This document shows positions 51,928-64,000 of a stretch of 64,000 bases of DNA, piece by piece. The stretch spans positions 3,844,001 through 3,908,000 of the forward strand of contig SMSO01000034.1 of the NCBI GenBank assembly GCA_004764695.1. The letters are read 5' to 3'. Position 1 is the first letter of the stretch. The number at the start of each line of letters is the position of its first letter. Made by a program: the position numbers and the translations under genes. The stretch comes from Schizochytrium sp. TIO01 (taxonomy: Eukaryota > Protista > Bigyra: Labyrinthulomycetes). The notes under the pieces are model-generated. The model did no database searches. It saw nothing but the letters and a program-made list of their open reading frames with translations, and had not been told where the DNA came from.

Positions 51928-54771
51928 CGTCGAGGTCAGGAGCCCCCAGCAGCCGTTCGTCAAGGTGTCCGTGGGCGCCGCCAAGGAGGTCACAGCGCAT
52001 GGACTCCAGGGCCCAAAGCGAGCCTCCCTTGTCAAGAGTATCAAGTCATCAGGCGCGGCGCGTCGGTCGGTAGGAATCGCTTTGGGGCAACTTGAGCATT
52101 CGAATCAATCGCCAAGGCTGACTTGAAATCTCCAGTTCTCGAGCGTTTCCTCATGATTTTCTGGGACAGATAGATACCCACTGCTGGATCCTGAAGGACT
52201 TCTCCAACCCGAAGAACTCCAACCCGAAGAACTACAGCCCAAGTTCAAAAGTCCATTTCTCTCCAGATACTGCAGTCGCTCTTTTGAGGTGCCAGAGAGG
52301 CAACGACCGACACGGACCAGGACAGAGAAAGAGGACCGACCTGAGCTGAGCGGTGCCTATCTGGCTAGCTAGCAGGCACAGCAGACAGACCTATCTTATT
52401 ACGGAGACTTGGCCAGTTTCGAAGCGAAACGCCTGCTCGAATCCTAACATATTGGTGCCGTGGACGAACGAGTGAATGAACGAATGAATGAATGAACAAG
52501 AGAATGAGAGAACAAGAATCAGTGAGGCGTCAAGACCCGTACTGGGCGGATGAATGCCTTTTCTTTGATTTAAATCGAAGTTAAGACCAGCACTTACACC
52601 CACGTGGCCCGTTCAGCGTGCTCGGATTTGCGATGTTTTGGCGGAGAGCTGCGGCCAGCTAGCTGCCTGTTTGGGGCTGGTATCTTCTTCACGTCTCGGC
52701 GGAGGATATGGAGTATGTCTGTCTACGCAGGATCGTATGACCCTTGCTTGTGTTGAACGAAAGATTTGCGTTCTCATTCGAGCTTCTTGGGTTAATAAAC
52801 TTTCGTTTTCATTTTCTTGTTTCTATTCCTGCTTTTCATAGGCAGCTTAGGTTAGGTTTCCAACTCAAGATGCTCCGTTCTTTTCTTTTTTTCCTTTTTC
52901 TTAAAAAAATAAAAAATAAAAAATAAAATCGAAGTCTTACTCAATAGTTTGAAATAAACAGTTTGCTCTACCTGGTTCTGTACCTTTTAATTAAAACTTT
53001 CCATTCTATACTTTTAAAGTGTACTTGTAAAAAGAAAATCTACTCCATTTCTGACGACAGGTGCTGCGTATGCTAATAATTGGTAGCAGGACTTGAGCGA
53101 GGCGCTGTGACGCTTTCGAAGAGGGGCCCGTGCCTCCGAATTCCGCTCCAGCCGCTGCTTCGGCCTGGCCGCTCCTCTATACAGACAGGCCCACCTTGAT
53201 CTCCATCTGACAAATGGCCGTCGATCAATCGATCTCCTTTCCAACACAGAAGAAGCATTCAGACGCCTGTCGCAGTGCTTTCTGTTCTGGTATTAATTTC
53301 TTCCTTCGAAGAGGTAATAAACTGCCTTCGCTCAATTGGGAGAAAATGCGGTAATTTAGGCAACACTAACATTTTATACGTACGTACGTAATTAGTTTTA
53401 CTTTAACTTTTTTTTTAAAACCATACATTTCATGGAAGGGGACTTCGCTAGGACTCAGGTAGCCAGCCTGAGGATACCAGCTACCCAAAAGCGCGCCACG
53501 GGCCCAGATTCCGAACGCTGCAGCGTAGGAAGCTGCGGCTTCTCGAGCCAGAGTCCTCTGCGTCGCCGCCTTTGCGCGGTCCCGCGATCCTTTGGAGCCC
53601 TTCTCTTCCCTCTCGCGGCGCCTTTCTCTACACGAACAATGAAAAGAAAAGAAAGATAGCAGTGAAAGAAAACCCAAACATGAGAATCCAATCCCTGCCG
53701 CCCTCGAAACCGACAGACATGACTTGGCTTCATTCTCTTCGTCAAATTTACTACTTATTGGTCTTTCTTTACAAAGCTCAAACTATCAAAGCTCAAGCCT
53801 CCTGTTCTGCTCTGTTCTGTTCTGTTCTTTCCCTCTCCGTGTGAGATTCAAACTTGCAAGTCGTTTGATTTTCTTTTCCGCAGATAAACAAACAAGTTGA
53901 ACTTGAAGGATTGATTGATTTAAGTATTGGTTGATTGATTGATTGATTGATTGATTGATTTCGATTTGAAAACACCCTTTTTTTGGAATTTGAAATTTAA
54001 AATGGAATGCAAACAAAACAAACGTCAAAAGTATCACCCATGAAGGAGCTCGTGGACATTGCTTGCTTGCTTGCTTGCTTGCCTGCAACTCCACTCCCGC
54101 CCGCAGTTTGCGCCGGAAGGGGCCTGCCGCGACTGGCTCGGCCGCTGGGCGGAGAGCGGAGGACGGAAGAAGCTGGCCACGCCCAGGAAGATGGCCGCTG
54201 GAGCGGAGCCTTCCGAGGTACATGCGCGGCCATGCGTCTCCGCTGAGATCATGGACTCCGACTTTCCACTAGTGCACTCCTAGCAGTCTCACAGTCGCGC
54301 ATTGTGTTCCAAGGGTTCCAGTCTAGGACTCACGGGGTAGCGGGCTTAGGGGAAACTGTAGGCCTCTCGGAATAAGCTTTGGCCTAAGTATCTTTTGTTT
54401 AATTCGCTTGCTTGGATTTTGGGTGAGATTATTATGATCATACAAATTGAAAGGGGAAAGGCATAATTGAAAGGCAAGGATTACTTACATAGTGCGGGGA
54501 AAGTAGGCAGCTGTAGTAACATGTAGAATGTACTGTGTTCAATTTGTTGGAAACTCGTTCTGTTCAGGTTTGGAGGGAGTTAACGAGGAGCAGAGAAGAC
54601 GAGAGAATTGAATTTGCTGTTCAACCAGAGCAAGAAAGAAACGCGAAGGGAAAACTGGTTCGAGGAGGAGTAGAGGAGCGGAAGGTGTCCGAAGGCAGCG
54701 CGGCCTTCTGCTCTCGTCTTTCTTCGGTCTTCCCTTAGGGCGCGTTGTTTGAAGTTTGGGAGATGATCCAC

Positions 54772-54908
<137 letters not shown>

Positions 54909-55292
54909 CTTCTTTCATGCATTCATTGATTGACTGATTGACTGATTGATTGAATTATTGATGAATCGATCGATTGCAAAGGAGTGTGGGAAGAAGAGGT
55001 GAAAAAGAGAAAAGAAACTTTTTACTTTTGTAATATATATATAATATTATAGGAAAGCAGCGAGAGAGAGAAGAAAAGAGAAAGAACTTGCTCGGAAGGA
55101 GAGGAGGAAGAGAAAAGGGAACGAGAAGAGAAGGAAGGAAGAAAGGAACAGCGAGACTAAGAGAGAGGGGAAAGAGAACTTGAAGATGGAGGAGCGCGAG
55201 GATCATGACCGGCGTGATTCGTCGATAGCTGTCGTGGCTGGCCAAGCGGGTCGAGCGAGCACAAGGCTTCACGCCGCACCTCTCTTTGCTAC

Positions 55293-55323
<31 letters not shown>

Positions 55324-55327
55324 CTTC
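55293..55327. repeat. (CTT)n repeat
   Basis: Directly visible. Confidence 0.93.
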
Positions 55328-55468
55328 AACATCGGGTAGCGAGCCGGCTGTTATGAACCTCAGAAGTACAAAAATTATTCTTTCACTTCAAGTTTCTATT
55401 ACAATTCTTTTCAAGAAGAATTCAAGAATGAGAGAGAGGCAGACCCGCAATACAAACAACTTGGTCAA

Positions 55469-55505
55469 TCAATCAATCAATCGATCGGATCGATTGATTG
55501 ATTGA
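55469..55505. repeat. 18-bp perfect inverted repeat with 1-nt spacer, (CAAT)n-CGATC-G-GATCG-(ATTG)n
   Basis: TCAATCAATCAATCGATC (55469-55486) is the reverse complement of GATCGATTGATTGATTGA (55488-55505). Confidence 0.9.
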
Positions 55506-56089
55506 GCGAGTGATTACACTATCCACGGAGAGTCGCGCCAGCGAGACGAGCTCGCACAGGAACACACGCCTCTCCTCTTAAGGAGAGCTTCGCGGTGAAC
55601 GGAGCTCCCGCGCAACGTGGAGCGAAGGAATAAGCTTGAGCTCGTCACGCGAGCACTTGTCGCTTCGTCCTCGAAACGAAGTTCCAACTAGCTGACTCTT
55701 ACCAGACTCCTACTGGAGGAGTTCTCCATTGCTTGTCTTTTTGCTTCAAGCATTTCAAAATTGGCGGCATCGCTGTGATATCTGTCAGCAACACTCGAGC
55801 ATCTACGTCGCTGTGACGACTGTCTTTGCTGTTAGCTATTGCCGCCGTCAGTCGAAGCTGAGTGTGGATTGATAGTAAAGTCACTTTATAAGGGGGGATT
55901 TCTTCTGTCTGCGACATCAATTCCACTATTTGGAGCAAGAGCACAGGGAAGCGTGGAGCACCCGGCGCAATCTACAAATAAATCCGGAGTGGCTGCTAGT
56001 ATCTCGTTCTCCCCACTCCCCCAAGGATTCTTATTTTGCCGCCTAAAAGCAGTAGCGGCAGTTGATAAATACTTATACAAATTCTCAAG

Positions 56090-59075
56090 ATGGGTGACGA
56101 TGCGGATTTTGGCACCATCAAGCGCAAAACTAGCGAGCTCTCTGATAGAGAAGACCCGATGAGCCCGCCACAAGAATTGCTTAGCCCAAGAGATGGAGGT
56201 CGCAGTGTCAGAGCTGTATCTCGCCGATCGTGGAGAAAATCTCTCTCGAGTGCTGATGATACACTTGAAAAGCACCTCATGTTTAATCCTGTCCAGACGA
56301 AACCCCAAGACACCACGGCAGAGCCTCCAGAGGACCATCAACGCCTTCGTGTTCTTTCATCTAACGCAGATGAGAGTGACTTCGACTACGACGATGAAGT
56401 CAAGGATAAACAGCACAGCCTGGTGTGCGATTTTTTTTATGTGCGGCCGTTCAAATGTGGTCTTTGCATCTTCGGAGCTATCATTACGATTGCAGGAGCT
56501 TGCATGAAAGGAATTAACAAAGTCGATGTACGGCAAGTACCTGAAGCCTTACTTTTTGTCGGTACATCCTTTATGATGGGCCTCGTTGCCGACATTATTG
56601 CCATTGGCATTGGGGGCTTTCTCACGTGGCTTGTCACATTGGCAGAGAAGAAGAGACACAACGAAATTGCCTACACTATTGCTGTCAGCCACTTTTACTA
56701 CACGAGTGTTGTCTATAGATTCGCCTTGCTTCTTTGGGTTTTGCTCATCATTGTCATGTTCACAAGCTGGGTTCCGCGTGAGTCTGATTCAACGGCGATT
56801 GTTCCTTCCTGGGAACTAGCTTATTTTCATGTGACACGCCTGCTTGGTATTCTGGCTATGGTTCTCTTTTCTCGAATTCTTACTCGCTTTCTTCGCATGT
56901 ACTTGACCCAAGACTTTGGTATACGCTCTTTTGCTGGGCGTGTCAAGGATTCCCTGGATCGTGAGATGCTCTGCTGCAAGCTGCGCAATGTACGCCCAAA
57001 CCCTGCCTTTGTAAGCCTACTTTCCCGCCTCAAGTTGATCACTGACAGTCAGAGCTATGCAGACCCTGAACTCTGGCAGGCGGTTGTCCGCCACGTCAAT
57101 ACTCACCACGTTGATGGTTTTGAAGTAGCTACCGGCAAACACGCTCCTGTCAAACCTGGTCAGGATCCTGGACTGTCTCGCCGTGCTCGTCCAGTTGCAG
57201 CTTCTATCTTCGCGCGCATCATCGAAACAATCAAAATGCGTCGCGAGGAAATGCTCATGAGCGAATCCAACTTTTACAGTCGAGTCGAAAATGCTGATGA
57301 CAGTGATTTCGAGTACACTGAAGAAGAAGATGATGATGAAAATGACCACACTAGCACTGCGGCGAGCACAAATGCCGACAGTAGCAATAAAGATACTCAG
57401 CAAAGTTATGGTCAGGCTGCAGAAACAACGGGCACTACCATAGGCAGTTTTATTGTACCGCCGCCTCCTACTCAAGATGACAAAAAACCTGAAGATAAGG
57501 CTGCAGAGGAGGATAAGTCCACAACTGAGGCGCCGGCGCCCGTCACGAGATCCAGGGCTGCATCCCGTACTCGCCCACCTCCACCCCGGCATCCATCTGC
57601 TGCTTCATCTCAGGCACCTGGAAGCCCGCCTCTAGTTCCTCTACGAACATTAACACATGTCCCAAGTCTTTCTCGTCACGAATTCAGTAGTGGTGGAGGA
57701 CCTGGTCGCACTGTGTCTCGGAGCTCATGGTCTGTCAACCCCGAAGGTGATATTGTTCCCATCGATGCAGACGAAGCTGCAGCCGCCGCCGCTGCTTCAG
57801 CTGCCTCTAGTGCCATTCGCAAATTCAATATGCGCCGTGAGAACACTGTCCGCTTCCGTCAGGAAAGCTTTCGAACATTGCGCAGCGATCTCCAGCCCGC
57901 CGAAGAGTCTGTCAGTAGTCGAAGTGGTGCTGTGGAAGACCATCATTTAGTATTTTGACCCGGACAGTGAAGAAGAAGTCGCAAACAAAGCCGAGTCTAA
58001 CCTCCGAGAAATTGAGGAGGTGCCTTTGGAAGCTCTTGCTGCAATTGCCGAGGAAATCGAGCAAGTGAAAAATGCCGACATTGGTACTTACTCGAAGCGA
58101 GAACTGCTATCCCATTTGTCGTCTCGGCTGGGCAATAAGATTTACTTCAAGGAGGAGGTCATCGATGCCTTTCAGCAGCTTGACTCCGCTTACGACTGGG
58201 AAAAGATTTGGAAGGAGTTCCTTGATCCCCGTGACACAGGTGTTTTAACATGGCCTAGGTTACGCACTATGATCCTTGACTTTTATGAGCAGCGCTACAA
58301 TCTTTCTCTTTCGCTGCAAGATTCTAAATCAGTCATTAAAAGCATGGACGTCACCATCATGTCGGTTTTCATAGTGCTAGTCATTTTGATCAGTCTGACC
58401 TTTTACACAACCGATATCGCTACTATGCTTTCGAGTATTGGTACTGTTATCCTCGGTTACTCTTTCATCTTTGGTGGTAGTGTTACCACCTCTTTTGAGA
58501 ACATCATTTTCCTCTTTGGTATCCACCCCTATGATGTGGGTGATGCCCTGCTTTTTAACAACAATCGTTACACTGTCTCACGCATACGTCTGCTCACAAC
58601 AGACTTCGTTCAAGCAGACGGTGCAATGATGCGATTGACAAATACCTACGTGGCTAGCTTGGGCCCTATCTTCAACTTGAATACTTCAGAGAATCACTCG
58701 GTGGCATTCACGGTTTACTTGCCAGCTACAGATGTTCGCGAAAGCAACATCACAGAAATTCGCAAGAGCCTGGACGACTTCTTTCGTGTCAATACTGCGT
58801 CATTCGCCGGTTATGGATTTACTGCTCGCGACTTTCTCCATCCTTTGCAAGCCAATGGCGAACTTCCTGCGAAAAGCACACATGCGACACATATCCAGTT
58901 TGTGCTGTGGGTCACCTTTACCTTTTCATTTGAAGATGCTGGTCGCATTTTCGAAGAGCAGACTCGCCTCATCACCCATCTTTGCGAAAAACTTGAAGAA
59001 ATGGGTCTCTCCAAACCTCTGGTGGAGGAGAACCATCGAAACCTTATGCGCGAGCACTCAGGAGGGCAGTATTAA
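56090..59075 (+). CDS. MscS-like mechanosensitive ion channel, paralog 3, interrupted by a +1 frameshift at 57953-57958 (~994 aa if read through)
   Basis: ORF 56090-57958 (N-terminal TMs and loop) and the +1 frame 57957-59075 (EF-like loop and MscS domain) together align end-to-end with paralogs 1 and 2. Removing one T from TATTTTGAC restores ...HHLVFDPDSEEEVANKAESNLREIEEVPLEAL. Confidence 0.88.
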
Positions 59076-60956
59076 ACGTTTGTCATCTGCTTTACCTTCA
59101 AAGTTTAATTTGAGGTTAGGCTTAGCATCTGATCATAACTTGCCAGTAATGATTAGGCATTTGATCTCTTCTATATATATTCTACTTTCGCGCACTCCAT
59201 ATCTGAATTGCTAACAAGAGTTGTTTCTCCGTCGCGCGACGGGGCACCGACTTGAACCGTACACTTTGTCTACATGCTTTTTTGTTTTCATTTATAGATC
59301 ACTCCACAATCGTTTAGGAGCTCTAAGAATTTAAATCACTTACTATATTTGTAGAATTTTTTATCTTGACATTCTTTAATTAACCTCTTGTGCACAATTA
59401 TTCTGATTTTCTGAGGAGGTTTGCAAAGTCAGATGGAGTTTGTGCGACAGCAGCCGCGATCTTTATCCTTTTGTTTCGCACCTAGCTACCTAGTCCTAGC
59501 TAGCAACAATTTTGTCACTCTAAAATTATAAATACTTCCTTCATCTTGTGTGTCTGCTTTGTCTATCTAGTACTTACTTGATTTCTCTTCGTTTTAGTAA
59601 AAAGAGTTTACAATGTTGCATTATCACTAATAGCCAGTGCAAGCATTTGAAAGTTCAAGTTATCTCCTCGTTGCAGAACATTCTTGCGTTGCTGTCCAAT
59701 GCAATATTAAATCGGTATGGCAGATTCGAATCGCCGCAAGCGTGCGAAAAGAAAACCCAACTTCAAGCCTTCGAGAAATTTGTAGGGTAACTTTGTATCT
59801 TGCAAAAAGTATGAAACCGCGATGACCACCCAAACGCTCTGCTGTGTTAGATTCAGGAAAGTCTCCCCGAGGCTCTAAGATGGTGCTTTTTATTTCTATG
59901 AGTTGCCTTTTCTATGAGGAGAATTCTTCTTACTGCAACGATATTTTGCGACATATCGATTCTTTAGATATTCGCAAATAAAGGAACTTTTTATGACACT
60001 TGGCACTGCGCAACAGCGTTTTTGATTATAAGTTAAACCTGCGCCACATAATTGTAGTAAAGAACTAGTTTTGCAGCTTACTAGAGCTTCAGGTGACCCC
60101 GGAGGCACCGTTTATTACAGCACAGATGATCAAACTTCAAGGCAATCGACGCATATCGAGATGGCGGTTGGCTGCCAACTGATCGCTCTCCGCTGCATTT
60201 AGCGCCCCAGAGCTTTGTCCCGAACGAGAGCCTGTATGTATAAAATGAGATCTGCGTCAAAGCAATGCCCACGACCGTGCTAAGAACCCGCGACAAGCTT
60301 AGGTGGGAGGCTGGGCGTTGCGATCATGGGGGCTTTGATCCTGATCATTGATTCTTTGACTGTGTTTAAGAAAACCCCGTCAATCAACTTGATGAAGCAA
60401 AAGATGTATGCCGTAGATGTTGCTTCTGCACTTCATGTTGGTATAAATGCGACTGGACCACGGCAAGGCAGAATCGTAGCCCTTGTGCCCTTGAAAACTT
60501 TCGGGCCATTCTTTCATGGGCAAACCATTGTTATCACATAGAGATAGATAGGCCTATTAAAATCTATGAGGAGGAAAGTCTTCGTTTTACTAGTCATCCA
60601 CCAAAACTAAATTGCAGCGAAGAATTCTGAGGATGATTATTAAGTGGCAAACAAAATGTCAGCTCGAACAGGATCGCGCAAGTATTCGCCCGACTTTGAC
60701 GGCCAAACCTGCTTCTCAACTGGCGTTCCTCTTGCCTTCTCGCGAGCTTCTACGTGTTCCCGAGCCTTCCTAAGTTTGCCTTGCTCCTCGGATTTGTGTA
60801 AAATGGAATCAGAATTCTGGAAGCATTAATGTGCGCCGGCTTGAAGAGGAAGGAAACCTCATCTTGCCAGTGTCTGCTGGAACTTGAAATGTGAGCGAGA
60901 CCTTCGCGCTTGCCTTCTATGAAAGTTTTAGGTACTACCTCCCTCCCTTACAATGA

Positions 60957-61000
60957 TAGATGGATGATGGATGGATGATGGATGGATGGATGGATGGATG
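60957..61000. repeat. (GGAT)n-type microsatellite
   Basis: Directly visible. Confidence 0.9.
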
Positions 61001-62857
61001 TGCGAACTTGAACTAGCGGATGACAATGTAATGAGTGGCACGCCTATTCCAATGAACTACCATGACACCAGAGAAAGAGACCGAAGGTAATATGGTTTTT
61101 GTTTTTTTTAACAGTATTATTTTTAATTAAAACATGTTTAGTTTCTAATTAAACTTTAAAGGAAAAAAAGGTGATATAGGTCGTAACAAAGAAAACTTCG
61201 AAGAAGAAAATACATAACAATCTTCTGCTTCCCGCCGAAACAAGAGCGGAGGTGGTACTGCCCAGGTATATGGACCGAAGAATCTTTCTACACAAATGTT
61301 TCTCACAGATGCTGCATTTAAGTATTTCGCGAAGGAAAACACTGTGCACAAACAAATAAACAAACCGGAGCTACTAATTAACTTCTATCTATCTTTTTCA
61401 GCTTTCCAGCTGGACAACACTTTCTATCCTCGTCCTGTCCGAGCTTACATTAAACGGACTCGAGCTTGTCTGATCCGATCAAGAAAGACGAGAGATTATC
61501 ATTTTGCCTCATCATCTCTGATCATCCCATCGCAAGTTGGGACCAGACGCAGGCATATATATTCGTGACCATCCTCAAAAGCCTTGCGCAATGACCCCAT
61601 TGAACTCAATACGGCATTCGTGAAGAGGGTCATGTGGCGATCGCCACAGCTCTGCCATCAATTCTCCAGGGGTCACGAAACCAAGTAAACCTTACATTTA
61701 CAAACTATGATGCAGCCATGATATTCATTATGACTTGAAGGCCGTACAACACCAAGCTAGGAAGATCTGCCAATAAAGGAGCAGCTAGCAAGCCGTGGTT
61801 TACGTTGTACCACGCAGTGCCTAATTGAGGAAAGCTGGCCCGAAGGAAAGACTCGGAAGAGGTCGAAAGCAGCGCTAGTAAGTTAAAACTCATCGAATCG
61901 TCTGCTTCCTACAAACAACTGTGCTCCATTCTTCCCTTCCATCGCACACCGAGCGCGACGTACGCTTAGGTGTGTGTGTGTGTGTCACCATTAGTTGAGC
62001 GCAACGCGACACCGCAGTGGTCTTCTTGTTGATCCTGAGAGACGAGCTTCACGAAGCGTGAGAACCAGGATCTCATTCACCGAAGCAACACCAACTAAAA
62101 CACCAAGCAGGAGGTTGTTCTGCACAAATTGACATTGTAGGCGCTTCAGAGAATATGCTCGCTCGTCCGCACTGGTCTGGCTTGGTCTGCGGTGGCCTCA
62201 ATTCTGCACTCGTTGCCAACGAGTGATCGCCCTTTCTCGAGCTGATTCATCAATTTCGCCTTGCTTCAAGTTCTTGCAAGCAAGTACCATCGCTAAGTTT
62301 TCCTTCAAGTTGGAGTTTGTGCGTGCTACGAACAGAGGCGAGACCAGGAGATGACTCCTCGAGTTCCTACTTCAGATTGCGCAGAAGCTACTACTGCCTG
62401 TGGCTCCCTCCCTACCTACCACACAGAACTTCATGCAAAGAGACACAATCGCCATGAGAAGCAAAGAACTCAGCTGGATTTCTTGGAAACCCTGAGGACA
62501 TCGAAGATGCCATCGCAAGCAGCGGTGCTCCCTCCTTTATGGTCTTCTTCACGAGCAGGAAGTCTGTCTATCCTTCTCCAAAACCTATGGACGAACGAAT
62601 GCCGAACAGCGCCAAAGCTCCTTTCCAAGAAGAGCGGCGCCTCCTCCAACTCAAAGGAAAGGTTGCAGGTAAGTAAACCCATGAATGCACCGACCAATCC
62701 ACCGATAGGCGAAGCAGACCCACCCTCACGCTGCTTGCTGGGCTGGCCCGCGCTCCGTGGACGAAGAAGAAGCCATCGATCGTCCATTCGAGGCTTTGAT
62801 ACAGAGTCTGTACCTGCTTAGGTACGCTTTGTTTTGTTTTCTTTTGTTTTCACTGAG

Positions 62858-62892
62858 ATGAATGAATGAATGAATGAATGAATGAATGAATG
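62858..62892. repeat. (GAAT)n microsatellite
   Basis: Directly visible. Confidence 0.93.
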
Positions 62893-63717
62893 TACGTACA
62901 TTCCGTAGGACCTACCTACCGCTACCACTATCACTAATGACAAAACAGTTAATCAGTCTTCATTTGTTTCTTGAAACATAAACTGATCGATCCAAAGAGA
63001 GTATAGTTTAGTATGAGAAGTACAAACGATGATGAAAAAAACAACAAAAACCAAGAAAAACAGAGAAAGGATCCGGAAGAGCAGAAAAGAGATGGTCCCA
63101 CGCACACTGATGCGCGGCGGACGCGGAGATTTACTCGCTGCGCAGAGGCGGTGCCGGAGGCAGCCCTTGTGCACGGCCTGGTTATTGAAGGGGCGTCCCT
63201 GTCACCCACCTTCGCGGCCCACGGCAGCCGAGTAAAGCCTTCTCCGCAGGAGGTCTCAAGATTCGCCATTTCTATATGTATACTTACTTTCGAAGGTCGG
63301 TTCTCCTTTCTTCGCTATTTTACTTTCTCTCGTTTTTCTCTTCTTCTTTTTATTATTCTTCTTGTAAAGCGTTTTTAGAGCAAAACAGGCCAACAATATT
63401 TATTTGTTTATATTTTAATTTTAATTTTAATTGTAATTGTAATTGTAATTGTAACTTTAATAATTTAGGCTCATCTGTTTCTGTTCACGGCATTATTGAC
63501 TGATCTTGAACTTGAGACAGCAGAAATAAAGGAAACCAAGAAAGCTGACAGAGAGAGAGCTCCTGTGATAAGAGCGCCCATGAGACCCAGGCTTGAAGCA
63601 GCGATCGCGGCGCATGTTTGCAAGCACGAAAGAAGGCGGGCGATTGGCCTGGACGCAGGTATTAATAAACGGGGCGATGTCCTTGAAAATCACGGCCAAC
63701 TCGAGAAGAAAGAATGG

Positions 63718-63841
63718 TTTTCCTTTTCTTTCCTTTTCTTTTCTTTCCTTTTCTTTTCTTTCCTTTTCTTTTCTTTCCTTTTCTTTTCTTTCCTTTTCTT
63801 TTCTTTCCTTTTCTTTTCTTTCCTTTTCTTTCCTTTTCTTT
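63718..63841. repeat. Polypyrimidine 15-bp tandem repeat (TTTCCTTTTCTTTTC)n
   Basis: Directly visible. Confidence 0.95.
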
Positions 63842-64000
63842 AGTTTGGGCTTTTCTTTTTGGGAGACTCGGAGAAGAACGAACTCGAAAAGACTTTTCGG
63901 GAAGGCAATTAATTGATGAAGGAATGAAGTTCGTGCCCGCGCAGTTTCACGGAGCATAGCGCCCTTTGGTCAATCAAGGGAGCCTCCAAACGCAGCCCGC

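Overview
Eukaryotic nuclear DNA: GT-AG introns, a histone gene and very dense tetra-/penta-/hexanucleotide microsatellites. The style suggests a stramenopile protist such as a thraustochytrid, but that is inference only. The first 11 kb are gene-rich: an H3.3-like histone H3, a 3-exon GINS subunit Psf1, a convergent YbgC/4HBT-type hotdog acyl-CoA thioesterase with an intronless CDS, and a multi-exon acidic protein of unknown function with a basic tail. The remaining ~53 kb hold a loosely spaced, co-oriented array of three old, paralogous, ~1000-aa, 6-TM MscS-like (MSL/Msy-type) mechanosensitive channel genes. Copy 1 has a Lys in the predicted pore helix. All copies have a degenerate EF-hand-like loop. 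Copy 3 is split by one extra T at a TTT-TGA-C site, although both halves are otherwise intact; this could be a sequencing error, a fresh pseudogene, a rescuing 40-nt intron or a +1 shifty stop. The long spacers contain decayed coding-like fragments, microsatellites and recurrent pyrimidine-tract-then-purine-tract AT-rich islands. No rRNA, tRNA, CRISPR array or intact transposon was recognised.
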